A DNA stretch of 63,483 bases, the filler included, from Hausera hauseri (lineage: Eukaryota), in NCBI GenBank assembly GCA_046269625.1. It is 11 parts of 11 records of this genome, joined end to end, with 100 filler letters (N's around TTAATTAATTAA, not from the genome) between each part and the next. Parts side by side here need not be neighbours in the genome. Positions count along the whole stretch, not along the records: positions 11,343 to 15,362 come from JBJURY010814865.1; positions 15,463 to 26,213 come from JBJURY010155533.1; positions 26,314 to 30,426 come from JBJURY010752098.1; 8 more parts are not named here. One strand, 5' to 3'. A program made the translations under genes and the position numbers. The notes beneath the pieces were generated by a model, which ran no database searches, was not told the origin of the DNA, and saw only the letters and a list, made by a program, of their open reading frames with translations. Shown piece by piece: positions 13,100 to 26,649 of this stretch (positions within the stretch are counted from its first letter, which is position 1; the number at the start of each line of letters is the position of its first letter).

Positions 13100-14620
13100 A
13101 ATCTGGTAAGCGGTTGAAGTTGTTACTAAAAAGAAATGTCAATAGGTGATTATTATAGATATCTAAGCACTACACAACGGTTATCAGACACAATGGTAAT
13201 CGTCATGATTTTACACTTTAGTTGGTTTTTGTAGGTAACCTGATAACATTCGGTTATCTTTCTTAAAAGGGCTGCATAGATAGCAATCCCTAGACTTAAC
13301 CGTCAGCTTGGGTTGTCTATATTTAACGAATTCGTTAGACTGCGCAGGTTAATTCGAATCCAGCTTCGCTTATTCTTGTGTCGTCGTCGTGTTATCTTAA
13401 ACAATATCTCCACCATTACCATAACTACTATCGGAACTATCGAACTACTTAATATTATCTCTAAGCAAGAATGTATATATACCGCTCGTGATGGCTTTTT
13501 TGTTTTTTTATTTTTAACTGTATTCACCTCATGATGGTTTTATTTTATTATTTTCCTTTGTGATTGCTGACATTACCTTAGTGGAAGTTATTTTATCATT
13601 GTCATCTAACAATTGTGGAATCACTGTGTATCTTGTGTCGGGATCCAAGGCTGCGCATGGTGCTATCAGGTCGTCAGGTGTTACGACTCCCTTTGCTACT
13701 ATTGTACCTTGTTTCTTGCAGCTGAGTTTAACTTTCACAAAATCAATATCTGGTTCAACGGAAATAATTAATGCGGTAGGGGCTGCTACGATGGTTACGT
13801 TATCCTATATCGAACGTTTTTGACGATAATACGAAGCGTAAGGTTTAATTAGGATAGTCATCTCTTTTCTATCAGGCGAGGACCGCACAAAAGGCGTCGT
13901 GATCTTTTCTTGTATATCACCGTATTCTTTTTGATTTTTGTATCGTATAAACATTGTCGGCCCTTTTTGTTCTAGTGGGTTCACAAACTTGCCGTGTTTA
14001 TTTCGATACAAAATATAATAGACATAGTATATTCTTCCTCGTGTAACCATACAACAAACTCGTTGTTGATTACATTTAATTCTGAAGATTCTAGCTTTTG
14101 GAATCACTGTTTCTATTAGTTTTATTGTTATTCGTCGAATATCTTCTAATTGTATCATTGTTATAATCTCAATGCAACTTTGCCCGCTTTTAAATCCCAT
14201 TGGACTTGCTATCAGCTGGTTAAGTATTATTTCGTCTAATAGGGTTTCGTTCATCTGCTGTCTAGTAGAAATCACTATTGATCTATAAAATTTTGTTTTC
14301 TGGCTTCTATAATAATCTTTTTGCTTCCTAATAAGTGTAAAGTATATATAATGGACACCTAAGCCTTGTACCATACACATCGTTGGGATCTCCTTTGTTA
14401 TCATACCAAGGTATTACTTGTATCCCCATTATATATGTTGGGAGCATTTTTTCTGGCATACTCCAGATCATCACTTTCTGACCTTTTTCTGAAATTTTCA
14501 TTAACAGATCTTTTAACCATTGCATGTCTCATTTTTGCTTGTTCAATTTCTTGATTAGTCATATGTCCTATCACTCCGGAAAACAACAAGATGGTGATCC
14601 ATAATAGGCCCGTCGTGAAT
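13100..14620 (-). pseudogene. Env-like / surface-protein ORF of a Gypsy element, disrupted
   Basis: Signal-like LLWITILLFSGVIG, basic cleavage motifs VKR/S, RKR/S and RQKR/S, an FN3-like segment (CAALDPDTRYTVIPQL), TM LEIILSSSIVPIVVMVMVEILF, then basic RRRHKNKR. Contains in-frame stops and frameshifts. Confidence 0.5.
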
Positions 14621-14699
14621 CGATGAGGTCTATATGGTGAGTCTACTTCGACTACTTTCTCATTAATACTTCGCACTAACTCTTTTTCGCCTTTCCTTA

Positions 14700-15362
14700 A
14701 CTCACTCTCCTTGGCCGCGGGCTCACATCTATTAATGTGGACCTTCAAAGACGTGTCATTTTTCTTCAAACAAATATTCGGTAGGTCCACTTTTTCTGCT
14801 TCATATGGTCCTTTATATGACCTATCCAATTTAGATGTTTTACCCTTTTTAATTGCCGGTAAATATAACATTACTTGGTCACCTATCTTAATTTTTGGCT
14901 GTTTGGTCTTCTTGTTATAGTACTTTTTATATCTTAATTTACACACTTTTTGATTATTTCCAATTGTTTTATATGGCAACTGAAGGAGTTCCTGCATAAG
15001 CTGTTTATAATATTTTACTTCCATTAGGTGCGAAACGGGTTTCACATTAAAATCTAAGTCAATTGGTAGTCTTGCATCCCTTAAATACATTAAGCAAAGG
15101 GGGTTTCTTTAGTAGCTTCATGAACCGATGTCCGATTTATGAAAACTCATGCATTATATATTCGTCCCAATCGTCTTGTCTAGAATTTACTACCGTTCGT
15201 AATTTCCCTTTTAAATCACCAATGTACCTCTCGACCATTCCATTATTCTCCGGGTGTCCCGGCGTGGATCGTAGTTTAAATATCTTCAGAATGTCGTATC
15301 TGGATTGCATTACCTTTCCGGTTAAATTTGACGCTAGGTCAGTTAAGAGAATTCTTGGGGTT
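14700..15362 (-). mobile_element. Gypsy LTR retrotransposon integrase (core end and GPY/F domain)
   Basis: PRILLTD.ASN, STPGHPENNGMVER, DDWDEY, RDARLPID, KIGDQVMLY, KLDRSYKGPY and VHINR motifs. One stop/frameshift near 15100-15140. Confidence 0.9.
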
Positions 15363-15462
15363 NNNNNNNNNNNNNNNNNNNNNNNNNNNNNNNNNNNNNN
15401 NNNNNNTTAATTAATTAANNNNNNNNNNNNNNNNNNNNNNNNNNNNNNNNNNNNNNNNNNNN
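15363..15462. other. Artificial contig linker
   Basis: Same 100-bp spacer. Confidence 0.98.
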
Positions 15463-16658
15463 GAAGGAGACTTAAGACATAGAAAAGCTGGAGCTGATGT
15501 TATTGAATTAGTAAACAACTACAGTAATTGTATGCAGGCTGAGAAAATAAAAGCATGGAAATGATGGACCTAGAAGGTAAAAAGGAATTGCTATTTTCGG
15601 GAGTAATAATATAGGGAAATGAAGGAATTTACTCAAGACAGTGAGACATGCTGTGCTATAACCTCTACTAAAGTAAGTGGGGAGGAATGGGTTCTCAGGG
15701 GGAACCCAAAATAGTCCTGTCAAACCCTGGACTGATGACATATAATTTGTCACTTTCTGACTATTCCAGTTGAAAGCACACTTAACTCCACCAAAGAAAA
15801 GAAGAGGCACATCGTCTTCACTCCAATAAATAAATACTGTAATGAGCAGTGTGTGTGGATGCAATACAACTATTCACACAGAACATGCAGGTCATTAACC
15901 TCTTCTGTCCTCTCACACAAACAGTATTAAATAGACTGCAGACATGAAACTGCTTCCATTTTTGTTAAAAATACACTTGTAATTGTTTTATACAGAATTT
16001 ACACAATATCGGTTTAGTCAGAAATAATGTCACAGACTTTTTGTTTCTTGATTAAAAATATCGAAATTACAAATTCAATAAACAACAAAAGAAATCCCAC
16101 CTCTCAATAGAGAGAATAATAAGTCAATAATTAGAATCAGTATTAATATAATAAACAAATACAATAAAAATATAGTCACATTAAAATGTAATAAAGAACA
16201 TTACATTTTAGTATATATAATAACAATAAGAAATAGTAATAACAGCAGTTATTGCTACAATATCCTAGGAACAAATTCGGAATAATATGTATAATAATTA
16301 TGTATAAATTCATAAATCACAGTCTGTATATAATCTATCATAATCTATGTCAAAATAAGCAGTGAAATTAAACCGATTAGCACCACTGGTATCAAAAGAA
16401 AGTGGAAGAAAAGGTACACAAGGAGAGACGCACCACAACGGTACGATAGCTGCTGAGATATGACTACATATACAAAAATCAGACATACATTATTAATTAT
16501 TGTTGTAAAATAAATATGCTAGTGAAAGGGTCGTCATCCATCATTCGGATTATTCGCTATGACCATCCGACAGAATCGAGTCCGCACACACACACACACA
16601 CGCAGGAAGAATAATTTTTTACTAAATACGAGACGTTGAAGGCAAACTGTGACAAGTT

Positions 16659-17519
16659 TCACTGATTTGTCGGAATGAGCATGGGATTCATGGGATTTTG
16701 TGCTAGACCATGATGATTCTGATGGACCATGAGTGGTGAATGATTCATGGTAGGATTTATGAGGACTTGGTTGTTCATCTGATTGTATGGTTGTTGCATG
16801 GACGACGAATTAATGACATTCAGTGGCATCTGGTCCATCTGTGATGTCTGACTGAAATACTGAGGGAATTGGGTCGGCATTGGTTGGTGTTTCGGGTTGA
16901 CGGAACACGAATTGCTTGGTGTCATATTGCCATCGTGCATGCCTTGGTGGTGCTGGATAATCGGAAGACAGCGATGAGACTGGATTTGAGCTGCTTTTGG
17001 AGTATTCATCATGGTTTGTGAAAACCGTGGCATATTAGGATGTGGTTGAGGTAAGTATTGGACGTTGTTGATGTAATTTGGTGCGGATAGTTGAAAATTT
17101 TGATTTGATTGATAGGGTATTTTCTGGATCATGTTGACGTGATGCATCGAGTCAGACGGATGAGGGGAGATTGCTGTTTGAGCGGGAGGTAATTGTTGTG
17201 GAATAGGAGCGATGTACACAGGATTATTGTTAATTAATCTCGTTGGTTTCATAGAGGCGTTAATGTTATAATCGTACATAGATGGGTCGTTGTTGTGGAA
17301 GGTGAAATTCTGTTGATAAGAAGATACTGGTGCGCTGTTAGAATCCCACTGACTTTGAGAATAGGTCGGATAAATGGGCTTCGGTATGGGAGTGTCACGG
17401 ACAGACTGGATGTTTTGAAATGGAGGATTAACAATAACTTCGTTTTGACGAGATTTGAACTTTTTAAGTACCTCGAATGCTATTTTATATTTCGGATAAG
17501 TGTTAAGCCAGTCGTTGAA
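16659..17519 (-). CDS. CBP/p300: CBP/p300 terminal exon (divergent NCBD end and Q/P/N/M-rich tail)
   Basis: TTTTATTTAG acceptor at 17520-17529 and an 861-nt open frame to TGA. The phase-0 join gives ...VREEFIKN/FNDWLNTYPKYKIAF, resembling the NCBD helix VLNILKSNPQLMAAF. Confidence 0.7.
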   Translation of the reverse strand, partial: FNDWLNTYPKYKIAFEVLKKFKSRQNEVIVNPPFQNIQSVRDTPIPKPIYPTYSQSQWDSNSAPVSSYQQNFTFHNNDPSMYDYNINASMKPTRLINNNPVYIAPIPQQLPPAQTAISPHPSDSMHHVNMIQKIPYQSNQNFQLSAPNYINNVQYLPQPHPNMPRFSQTMMNTPKAAQIQSHRCLPIIQHHQGMHDGNMTPSNSCSVNPKHQPMPTQFPQYFSQTSQMDQMPLNVINSSSMQQPYNQMNNQVLINPTMNHSPLMVHQNHHGLAQNPMNPMLIPTNQ

Positions 17520-17644
17520 CTAAATAAAACGAAGCTATGTACGTAAATGTACAGAAAAAAGTATTAAAACAGTTCATACAGAACATGTATAACTATAATA
17601 CTCTTTAAAATTACCTGACAGTAAACAGCACCTTACTGTTAGTC

Positions 17645-17810
17645 TGAGTTTTACAAGTTCTACAGGTTCAATAAGTACAACATTTTATACTGATTAATAA
17701 TATGAAAACAACTTGCAAATAAAGCTAATATTAGGGAATATGGACTTCAAAATGTTGCGTCATTTCGCACTTCTCCAATTTACCCTAACATGTAGAGAAA
17801 TTTTTTCGTT
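17645..17810 (+). repeat. ~160-bp intronic dispersed repeat, copy 1
   Basis: AGTTTTACAAGTTCTACAGGTTC...AAAGCTAA...CATGT is shared with 18075-18222 (inverted) and 19780-19940. Confidence 0.75.
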
Positions 17811-18074
17811 TCTTTTTTCAACCAATATTTTACAACGGTTGAATCTCCCGCTTGTCATTAATGTTATGTCAAAGTACAATGTATTCGTCTAATTATTAGT
17901 TACATCCCTAATATTTCTTCCTCCTATATAAATATTAGTTTTACACGTGAAAGATGGCATGTTATGAACTAAATATTATATCGATATTTATTAGGTGTTG
18001 ACAAAACATCAAGATAACACAATTAGTCAAATGTTAATAGTCGAAAAAATGGTAAAATTTGTGTTAATTCACAA

Positions 18075-18222
18075 AATTCATCTGCATGTTTAGGGAAAAT
18101 TGAGTAGGAGAAGTTCGAAATGAGCAACATTTAGTAGCCCGTATTGAATAATCTTAGCTTTGTTTGCAAAATTTATTTTCGAAAAATTTTTTACCTGCTG
18201 AACCTCTTGAACTTGTAAAACT
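18075..18222 (-). repeat. ~150-bp intronic repeat, copy 2 (inverted)
   Basis: The reverse complement reads GAGTTTTACAAGTTCAAGAGGTTC...GCAAACAAAGCTAAGATT...AACATGCAGA. Confidence 0.65.
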
Positions 18223-19779
18223 CCAATTAGCAGTAACGTGCTGTTCCTTGTGAATGATTTCCACGAATTCATAAATTAATACATAAATGCTTTATTAGCC
18301 CTTTCTAATCGAATGTCAACGTAAGCTCCACATTACATATTTTGTAACTCGAATGCCGAACTGTGTTCGATTTAGCATCATTTTCTTGCAACTCGATATC
18401 AATATAGTCATTTTATTAGCACATTTTCTACTTTAAAATACAATTTGTTCAACAATAAAATTTTTTACAAAAAAAAAATTGAATTTAGATAAAATGTGTG
18501 TCGATATTCATACAAATGGAACAGATAGTGCATTAATCGGCCACTTTAGATCATTCTCGGTACTGACATAGTTTGAAATGATTGCTCAAAGACGGCCTAG
18601 TATGTTCTGAGTAAATCACTCATGGAGGTAAAAAAAGAAACCAGGAACCTTTGTGATATTTGTTAAAGGAGGACTGGGATCCATCCAGACTATTCTTTCA
18701 AACGAAATCATACATTACTTAACTATAAAATTTTCGATACAATACATTGTAGATAAAATGTTTTCATTGTATTGTTAACTTTTATTTTTCACAATTATAA
18801 ATAGAAAACACATGATTATTACAAAATTTTGTTTTAATCAATGAGTGCTTGCAATGAAATGTTACATTAATTGTCGCTCGCAAAGGGTAAATGATATATT
18901 TCGAACCCATAGATTTGCATCAGAGTACAATAAGCCTGATGTAAAAAATTGTATGTTATGAAAATGTACGGTGTTATAAAAGGATTTAATACTTTGACTC
19001 TCGTTATCAGCAACCATAGAATAAAACTTTTTAAATCATTGCACGTTACTAAAGAAGAAATTATGAATTATAAGATAAAACATATTTTAAGTACAAAAAC
19101 TATCATATTATAATGATAATTATCACTATAGTTAATATAGTACACATGACGCGTTTTAGAATGTTTGGCTAATGTGCATCAATGGTGCTCATAAAAACAT
19201 TTTAGGTACCTTGGAAAGGTTTGAAAAGCATGCTAAGATAAAATTCGTAGAAAAAACTATCGTCTAAAATAATTATTTTAACCACGCCAATTAACTTACT
19301 GTTGTTTTATTGTAACAACCTACAGGTATTGGACATCATTTTATGATAGGTTTGATTTTCAACTGCTGTAAAGATTCTAATAACCATATTTTGTAAAATG
19401 CTAATAGAAACCTTTCCCACGTACCAAAATCCAGAATGTTAGTTATCATTCAATGTGTCTTGATAAGGTCTATCGATATGTTTTAGACAAACACCCAAAC
19501 AGCAAAGTTGCCCGTAAGGATTTGTGACATAAGGCCTATGTTTCTTTCAACTGCAGGGCTCAAAATTTGGAAAAGTTATTCATTTAATGTCTTTTTTCAA
19601 ATTCATATACAAGGTGTAAGGGAATCTTCTTACCTTCTACCTTCTTTCATAAATTTACCGCACAAAGAAATAAAAGCATATGTCAATTACTGTCAGAATA
19701 TAATCTTACCAACGTATCCAGCTGCTGCTTAAAATCCTGTAATATTTCTCGCAAGAAACAACACGTTAACCCTAATCAC

Positions 19780-19940
19780 AGTTTTACAAGTTCTACAGGT
19801 TCTACAACTACAACATTTTATGCTGATTAATAATATAAATACATCTTTTCAAACAAAGCTAAAATTATAGAATATGGGATTCAAATATTGTCATTTTGCA
19901 CTTATTCAATTTCTCCTTCATGTGCAGAGGAATTTTGTTG
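19780..19940 (+). repeat. ~160-bp intronic repeat, copy 3
   Basis: AGTTTTACAAGTTCTACAGGTTCTACAACTACAACATTTTATGCTGATTAATAATAT... Confidence 0.75.
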
Positions 19941-19959
19941 CTCCTTGTAAGAAGAAACG

Positions 19960-20110
19960 TGATGGTACTGATACCAGATGGATCACCAAATTATACTGCC
20001 ACAGTAACCATTGGAAGGATTACGTACATATTTTCAGAGATCTGGACATACTGGTCTGGCCCATCACCTGATCTAAAACAATCGAGCATTTTTGAGCAAG
20101 ATTACATGCT
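19960..20110 (+). mobile_element. Tc1/mariner transposase remnant
   Basis: DGSPNYT...LDILVWP..SPDL..IEH across frameshifts, resembling QDNAPCH...WP..SPDLNPIE. Confidence 0.5.
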
Positions 20111-20566
20111 GCAATTCTAAAGATTCCTCATCCACGAAATCTCTAGTAGTTAATCGATCGAGTAACCAAATAATGGAATTCGATTATTCAAGCCCCACTG
20201 TTTATCTTAGTTCAGAATTTTCGTTCAAGATTTCTCGGTTACCTTGAAGTAAATGGACAGTCTACACATAATTAGTTAAACCAATGTGTATTGATAAAAT
20301 AAAAATATTTTGTATGAATATGCTTTTATTTCTTCATAAAGTAAAATTTACGAAACACGGTAGTCATAGAGAGTGAGATTCCCTTGTTAGATATGTTATC
20401 AGTTGGCATAGTTATTTTAATAATTATTTCTACGGAAGACTAATAATTATAATATTTTGCATCTTCCTATATTACCTGGGTTAAACAGTCTATGGCTTAA
20501 TCGGATTTTACAGTTATAATCAGTTATTTTTGAAAGGAATATAAAAACATAATAAACAAAACAAAC

Positions 20567-21892
20567 ATTTTTGATAAACTCTTCACGGACTGGAAATGAT
20601 CTACTCATCTGTGCAAACTGCTGCTGGACAATCTGGATATCTTCATCCGTAACTGTTTTCTGATCAGTAAAGTGATTTGGAGTAACGGCATTTAATGTAC
20701 AATTAACATTATTAGAATAAATATTTTCAATTTGAGATGTTTGAGTTTGAAACGTTGGAGGACTAATATTTAAAGGCATTGGTTTCTGCTTAGAAAAGTC
20801 ATTATTGCATGTATTATCACCATTGCTCATAGACGGTTTATTCACAGAATTTTCAAAAGGCTGCGGTTGTGAATTCAATGGAGTAGGCGTCGGTTGATCG
20901 CCATGTATTCCACGTTGCATTAAAGCTACTCGTCGCCTCAACATCTGTGCTTGTTGCATCCGTTGTTGGCTACCTTGTTGTTTCCAATTGAAACGCAAAG
21001 CTAGACAATTTGGAACCTGACATTTAGGATCGTTGCAAAACTTAGCATGCACGAAACATATTCGAACGAACGACTGACAAAGTTTACACGAATTTCGTGG
21101 CAAAGAACAGCACTGTGTATGTTTAACCATGCCTTTCATTTTAGAACAGAAATTTATCCTGCAATTTACATCGCGGCATTGGCAAGCATGTTGCAAACTT
21201 TGAGAATACTTTATCATTCGAGCTCTGGTTGTATCTTGAAGTTCTGACGTTGGTTGATTAGCATTTTGGAAATTCATACTCGAATTTTCTTCATCCGGAT
21301 CTATTTTAATTAACGGATGTGGATGACTCTCCGTTGAATAACAACTTGGACACAACTCAAAGTCTTCACATTGTCGGCAAGTAAAACGAACCTCGATTTG
21401 TTTATTGCATGCATTGCAAGCATAAAGAACGGAATGTTTCTGTTCCATATGTAATTCGTAACAGAAACATAATGTCGAGAATTTAGAACGCCGCAAGGAC
21501 GAGAATTCCAAATGCTTTTCTCTTGCTAAGCACAGAAATTTATCTCTTCCGTCCATTAAATCACTATTGACCAATGGATCTGGATCATTAATTGGAGGCA
21601 AATTAGCAGCATCACTTTGTGTGTGAAGACGAATTACGAAAAAATTTTCTTTTCGTTTCTCCATTAATTCTAAGACTCTTCTTGAAACATCATTAATACT
21701 GTCGGATCCAACGCTCCGTTTGCGTTTGTTGTTGAGAGAGTTCATGCGTTTTAATTTTCGCTTTTTAGGCTTTTTATCCATTTTTGAAAGATTATTTTTC
21801 GATATTATATCTTTTTGAGAAATTTCGTCTTCTTGATTATTTGAAGTTTCGGAATATGTTTTGTTTCGTCTGTTAGTTTCTTCATCAATTTC
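20567..21892 (-). CDS. CBP/p300: CBP/p300 internal exon (HAT C-terminus, ZZ zinc finger, TAZ2)
   Basis: MEKRKENFFVIRL, DPDPLVNSDLMDGRDKFL..AREKHLEFSSLRRSKFST, ZZ motif YACNAC...CEDFELC..CY and TAZ2 motif SLQHACQCRDVNC..CSKMK. AG acceptor at 21893-21894, GT donor at 20565-20566. Confidence 0.93.
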
Positions 21893-23991
21893 CTACATAA
21901 AATCATTGTAAAAAAACAACTAATCTTCAAAGTTTTACGAACATTATACAAATATATGATTTTGAGACAATTAATGATTTAATTATTGGCCGAATTTTAA
22001 AAACTAAATTTTCAAAAACCATACAAAGCGATAGAGAATTATGAAACGTAAGTACAATAAATATTAGTTGGGAATTTATTCTAAAGAATACTTACAGTCA
22101 GGCCTTAACAGAGCGGAGGCCATAAAGGCCATGACAGGGTCCTCAGGTCTTAGAGCCCAAATGATCGTAGATTTAACACATTTTGGAAATGATCGTTAGG
22201 ATTATTCAAACATTGACAAAATAATTTTTTAAGTCATGATTTCATAAAACAAAATGATTTTGCCTTTTAAAAGATTTTTTGAAAAATTTAGCGTCTTATT
22301 ATTAAAAACGAAAAACGTTGAGAATTAAAGCCATTGAAAACAATGAATCAGGATAATAATAGCAACAATGTGCAGACAATCGAATAAATAAGCAACATAC
22401 ATCAACTGAATAGAAGATGAATTTTCGGATGAATCCCTAAAAGAGAACGAAGAATAGGCCGCAACGAAACTTGATATAGTGGATTGAACCTTCTAAGGCA
22501 ATTTTGGCACTTGTACAGTATCTCCCCCTTCTAGCATGCAACCGAAAATTACACACTTTAACCGAACTTTTTATAACAAGTTAATGGCATCGTCTCTAAG
22601 GAAAATTTGTTTGTGTATGCTAAATTTTTGCTTTCATGTTCAGGAGGCGATACTGTATAAGTGTTAAATTAGTGATTGTTTCTTATTTGCTTTAACAGTC
22701 GAAGGTTGGGCTAATCTTAGCCTTATAGTGAGTTCTATTTCAAAACTAGGGCTACGCGAGTGATAATTAGCAAGTTTGTTATTGAGAAATGAATTATCTG
22801 TATACAACTGGCGATGCGAGCTTGAAACACGAATTAGGTGGATATTTCTATTATTTGTAAAATTATTTGGGGTCAGAGATTTTGGTGAGTCGTCAAGAAT
22901 CGACTTAACAACCCGTCTTCAGGTAATATCACAAGGATAGAGCCTGAGAATCGAGAATTTTACTTATTTATTCTCCACACAGTCTGACAGTAGGGACTAT
23001 TTAATTTTCAAGTACTAAGTTAGAAATCGAAATTTATTAGGTAATGCTACAAGAGTAAAACCTTTTAGTAGGCAACTTTATAAGGTTTTTGTGAATAGAG
23101 AAGTTAGTCGGTAATGCCACCATGACAGAACCGTTATTTCAAACAATTTCAACAGCCCCAACTGCCAGAACGCGTAATTTGATTTACTAGACTGCAGACA
23201 ATCTTCACAAAAATTTAAATAAAGAGATAAGGCTTAATCGTTTGTTCAAAATTTTTTCTTTATAGAAAGTTCTCTACAAAATTTTTTTTAATTTTCAGAT
23301 TTTTATAGTCATTATATACTGGTGGAATACCACCCATGTCGAAAATATGCAGTTTTGGTGGCGCCACCGCTGGAGACTGAAATTTATCAACTATCATTTA
23401 TCACTCCCAGCGGCTGGCATTTATCATAAATATTGCCATTTTGTGCTGCTTATTTTTTTTGTAATTGCGTGTTATATCAATTTACCGCCTGTAGAACTAT
23501 GTAAAAAGGTTTAAGAAGCTAGAAATATTCAGTTCCAAAAAGCGAAAATGCAACAATTAATAAAACAATTATTTGATCTGGAAACGCAATTCTACTTTCT
23601 AAACAAAAATCGATATTTTATCAACAGAGCGCTTCAAATGTTTTATAGCTGATTTATCAAAAAATCTTGTCCTTGAAGCATGAAAAGCAACTATTTAAGC
23701 AGAAGTTTTAAATTTATTTGAGCTTACACACTTCTTAATAAGATTGAATATGATAATGTTTACAATGATACCTTAGAAGCCGCCAAATATTTTCTATCGG
23801 TATGATTCTCAAAACAAAGGAATATTCAAATATTAAGAAGCTGTTTGTCACAGCTATCAATAAGTTTTAAATAAAATTAAAAATATGATCCTAACATTAA
23901 AGGTCTATTAAAAATCCCCATTAAAAAGGATATGTTTAAATACTTCCTTCAAAAGTTATTTAGAAATTACCATATATAAAATAATAATTAC

Positions 23992-24871
23992 TTTAAATAT
24001 TTCTTCAAGAGCGTTTGGCCAGTAATCTCCTTCAAAATAAGGCAATTCAGTTGGACTTAGCATACTTGAATGCAAAGCATCACTGAAAATATCTTTGTAA
24101 TCAACAACAATATTTTCTTTCATCGATTTTTCAAGAATCTTTATGTACCATTCCTGCAAACGTTTTGGTTTAGGAAGCTTCTGTTCAGGGGGATGCATAT
24201 GAAAAATATAATCATCCCCTTCTCCCGGAGGACACGCCCAAATGTGAGCCATAGTAAATCCTAATTTTTTAACATATTCTAAATAACCGATCAAAAATTC
24301 ATGATAAACATCTGTTCGATATTTTCGAGGATTGAAATAATGAACTGAATCAAGATACGCAATATAAACTCGCCTAGAATTTGGATCAGGACAATCGGAT
24401 CCATATTCTTGTACATGAAGTCCAAAGAAACATACTTCATGACCATCGACTTCTTGAAAAGCAAATATTGCTTTTAGGCGATATTTAAAAGATTCCGACA
24501 TTTCACATGTTTCACAATAATGGCTTTTCATACCAGGTTTAACATCAACATTTTTATCGCTACTTGATAAAACGCGAATAACAACTTCACTGACTGACGG
24601 ATCAACTTCTTTTAGAAATTTATTCACACGATTTTCTATATGTTTACTGAGTTCATTATGAGGTAAGTACTTCGATTTGTACATATTTGGTTTGATTTTA
24701 ATATTTTTCTCTGAAATGCATGTGGGACAGAAAAAGCCATCTCGCCAAATTTCATCAAGATAATCAGCACATACTCTATGCCATTTACGATTACATAGAC
24801 GACAAAATATAAATTCTTCATTATCCTTCACATTGTTACGACATTTTGTCAGAAGATTCTTTTTGACTTTG
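23992..24871 (-). CDS. CBP/p300: CBP/p300 internal exon (PHD end and KAT3 HAT domain); upstream exons not on this contig
   Basis: CFFGLHVQEYGSDCP.PNSRRVYIAYLDSVHYF, HIWACPPGEGDDYIFH, PKPKRLQEWY, LPYFEGDYWPN. AG at 24872-24873, GT at 23990-23991. Confidence 0.95.
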
Positions 24872-26213
24872 CTACAAGTAATAAAAATTATAAATAAAAA
24901 TAAAATACAAACTTAGAATGACAAGAATAATTAAGTAAAAAACAAGAACTAAATTGTAAATCAAATAATGTTTTCTGAGTTTTGACTTTGAAATAATTCC
25001 AGTTAGAAAGGCAATACGATCGAAACAGATCAGTCAGTGGACTCATTTACAAACAAGGAGCCTTACTGGTTAGTCAATGTATTTTTTATGAAAATTAGTT
25101 GTTCAAGTAGAAATTTTTATGCTCAAAATATTTTTGCAGGCAAACATAAAACTACGCAATGAAAGCTTTCAAACTTTATCTAATTTCGAAATGCTACAAT
25201 TTCCTCCTAACATACAAAGCCATTTCTAAATTTGATAACGTTTTCGTTTTTTTTTTTCAACAAATATTCTGCTCAATTTCAATTTCTAGTGTATCGTTCA
25301 TTCTAAGACAAACTACGATATATTCGTTCAATTCTCAATAACGTCACAAATATATCCTTGCTTCTGAATAAATTTTGCCTATGTGCCTGAACGACAAAAT
25401 ATCAGCCGAGTATTAAATGCTGATAATTTTTGACTCCAAAATAACTTCAAGAGGGCGCAATGAATCAAATATTATTGATAAAAACAGTTAAAATTTTGTC
25501 CATTGTCTTTATATCACAGCCCATAAAATCTTTAAATTTTACGGCGTCTGACCAAAAATAATACTGTCTCTCATCATTTAACTTATCATGGCTTATTCCA
25601 AGTGCTTGTAATTCTGCAGCCAGTTTGCTGTAGTTATTATCCATAATGTCTTTAACATGGTATCTAAACTCAGTCTATTGAATAAATACTTAATCCTATA
25701 GTTCAATTGTTCTTGTACATTTTAGGAAACTCATCTGGTATCCCATATAGGTTCTTGGAGCTCCCATTTGTGCCATCTTCTTTTGGACAATCTTCAACTC
25801 TAGACTTTTGAACAATTGGTGGGATATTCTGGCCTTCACACCTACCATTCTGATCCCATCATTGTCATAATGATATGTAATATCCAATTTCTCTTTCACC
25901 TTTCTCATGTATTCGATCAGATATTCAGTCTTTCTCTTACAGTTTGGAAAGCTTAGCACCTCATCAATCGCTCAACCAAATGAAACATCAGTATTTTCAA
26001 TGTTGCAATTCTAAAAATAGGTAAAGACAGGAGAGTAGCACAAAAAACTCACCATTCTCCGAAAACATTTTTGAAATAATGAAAAATATAACCATGCCAA
26101 CGCGCACTGTCTTGTGCCGACCAATCAAATTTGTAAAATTTGAATGAACCAATCAGATTTGTCCAATTTGAATTTGACAAGTCAGTTGGAAACGTACCTT
26201 TCATTTTTACAAA

Positions 26214-26313
26214 NNNNNNNNNNNNNNNNNNNNNNNNNNNNNNNNNNNNNNNNNNNNTTAATTAATTAANNNNNNNNNNNNNNNNNNNNNNNNNNNNNNN
26301 NNNNNNNNNNNNN
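26214..26313. other. Artificial contig linker
   Basis: Same 100-bp spacer. Confidence 0.98.
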
Positions 26314-26649
26314 TGAATAAAGTTCATGTACCATGATTTTTCTTACGACATTTACTGTGAGAACATGGGTAGTGTTGCAGAAAAGAAGAAGGGTGAGGCG
26401 ATGCGGTACCACGGGCACGGCCGCGCCCAGCTCCCCAGCCGGCAAATCCCTTGTATTTCAAATATGAGTTATCAATGAGGAGCAGACGTTCCAGAATTTA
26501 AATGAATGAATATAGGAATGGTTATCATAATTACCTCGTGTTGTATTGTCTGAACTGGTCAAGCAATACGGGGTAGGAGTCGAAATGCATGACGTTGGTG
26601 AGAAGTTTGACGGAAAACTAATGGAACAGTATGAGTTGTATGTGTGTTT

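Noticed and set aside
25696-25959. Upstream CBP exon or RT fragment
   Set aside because: No bromodomain/RING similarity and no clear RT motif.
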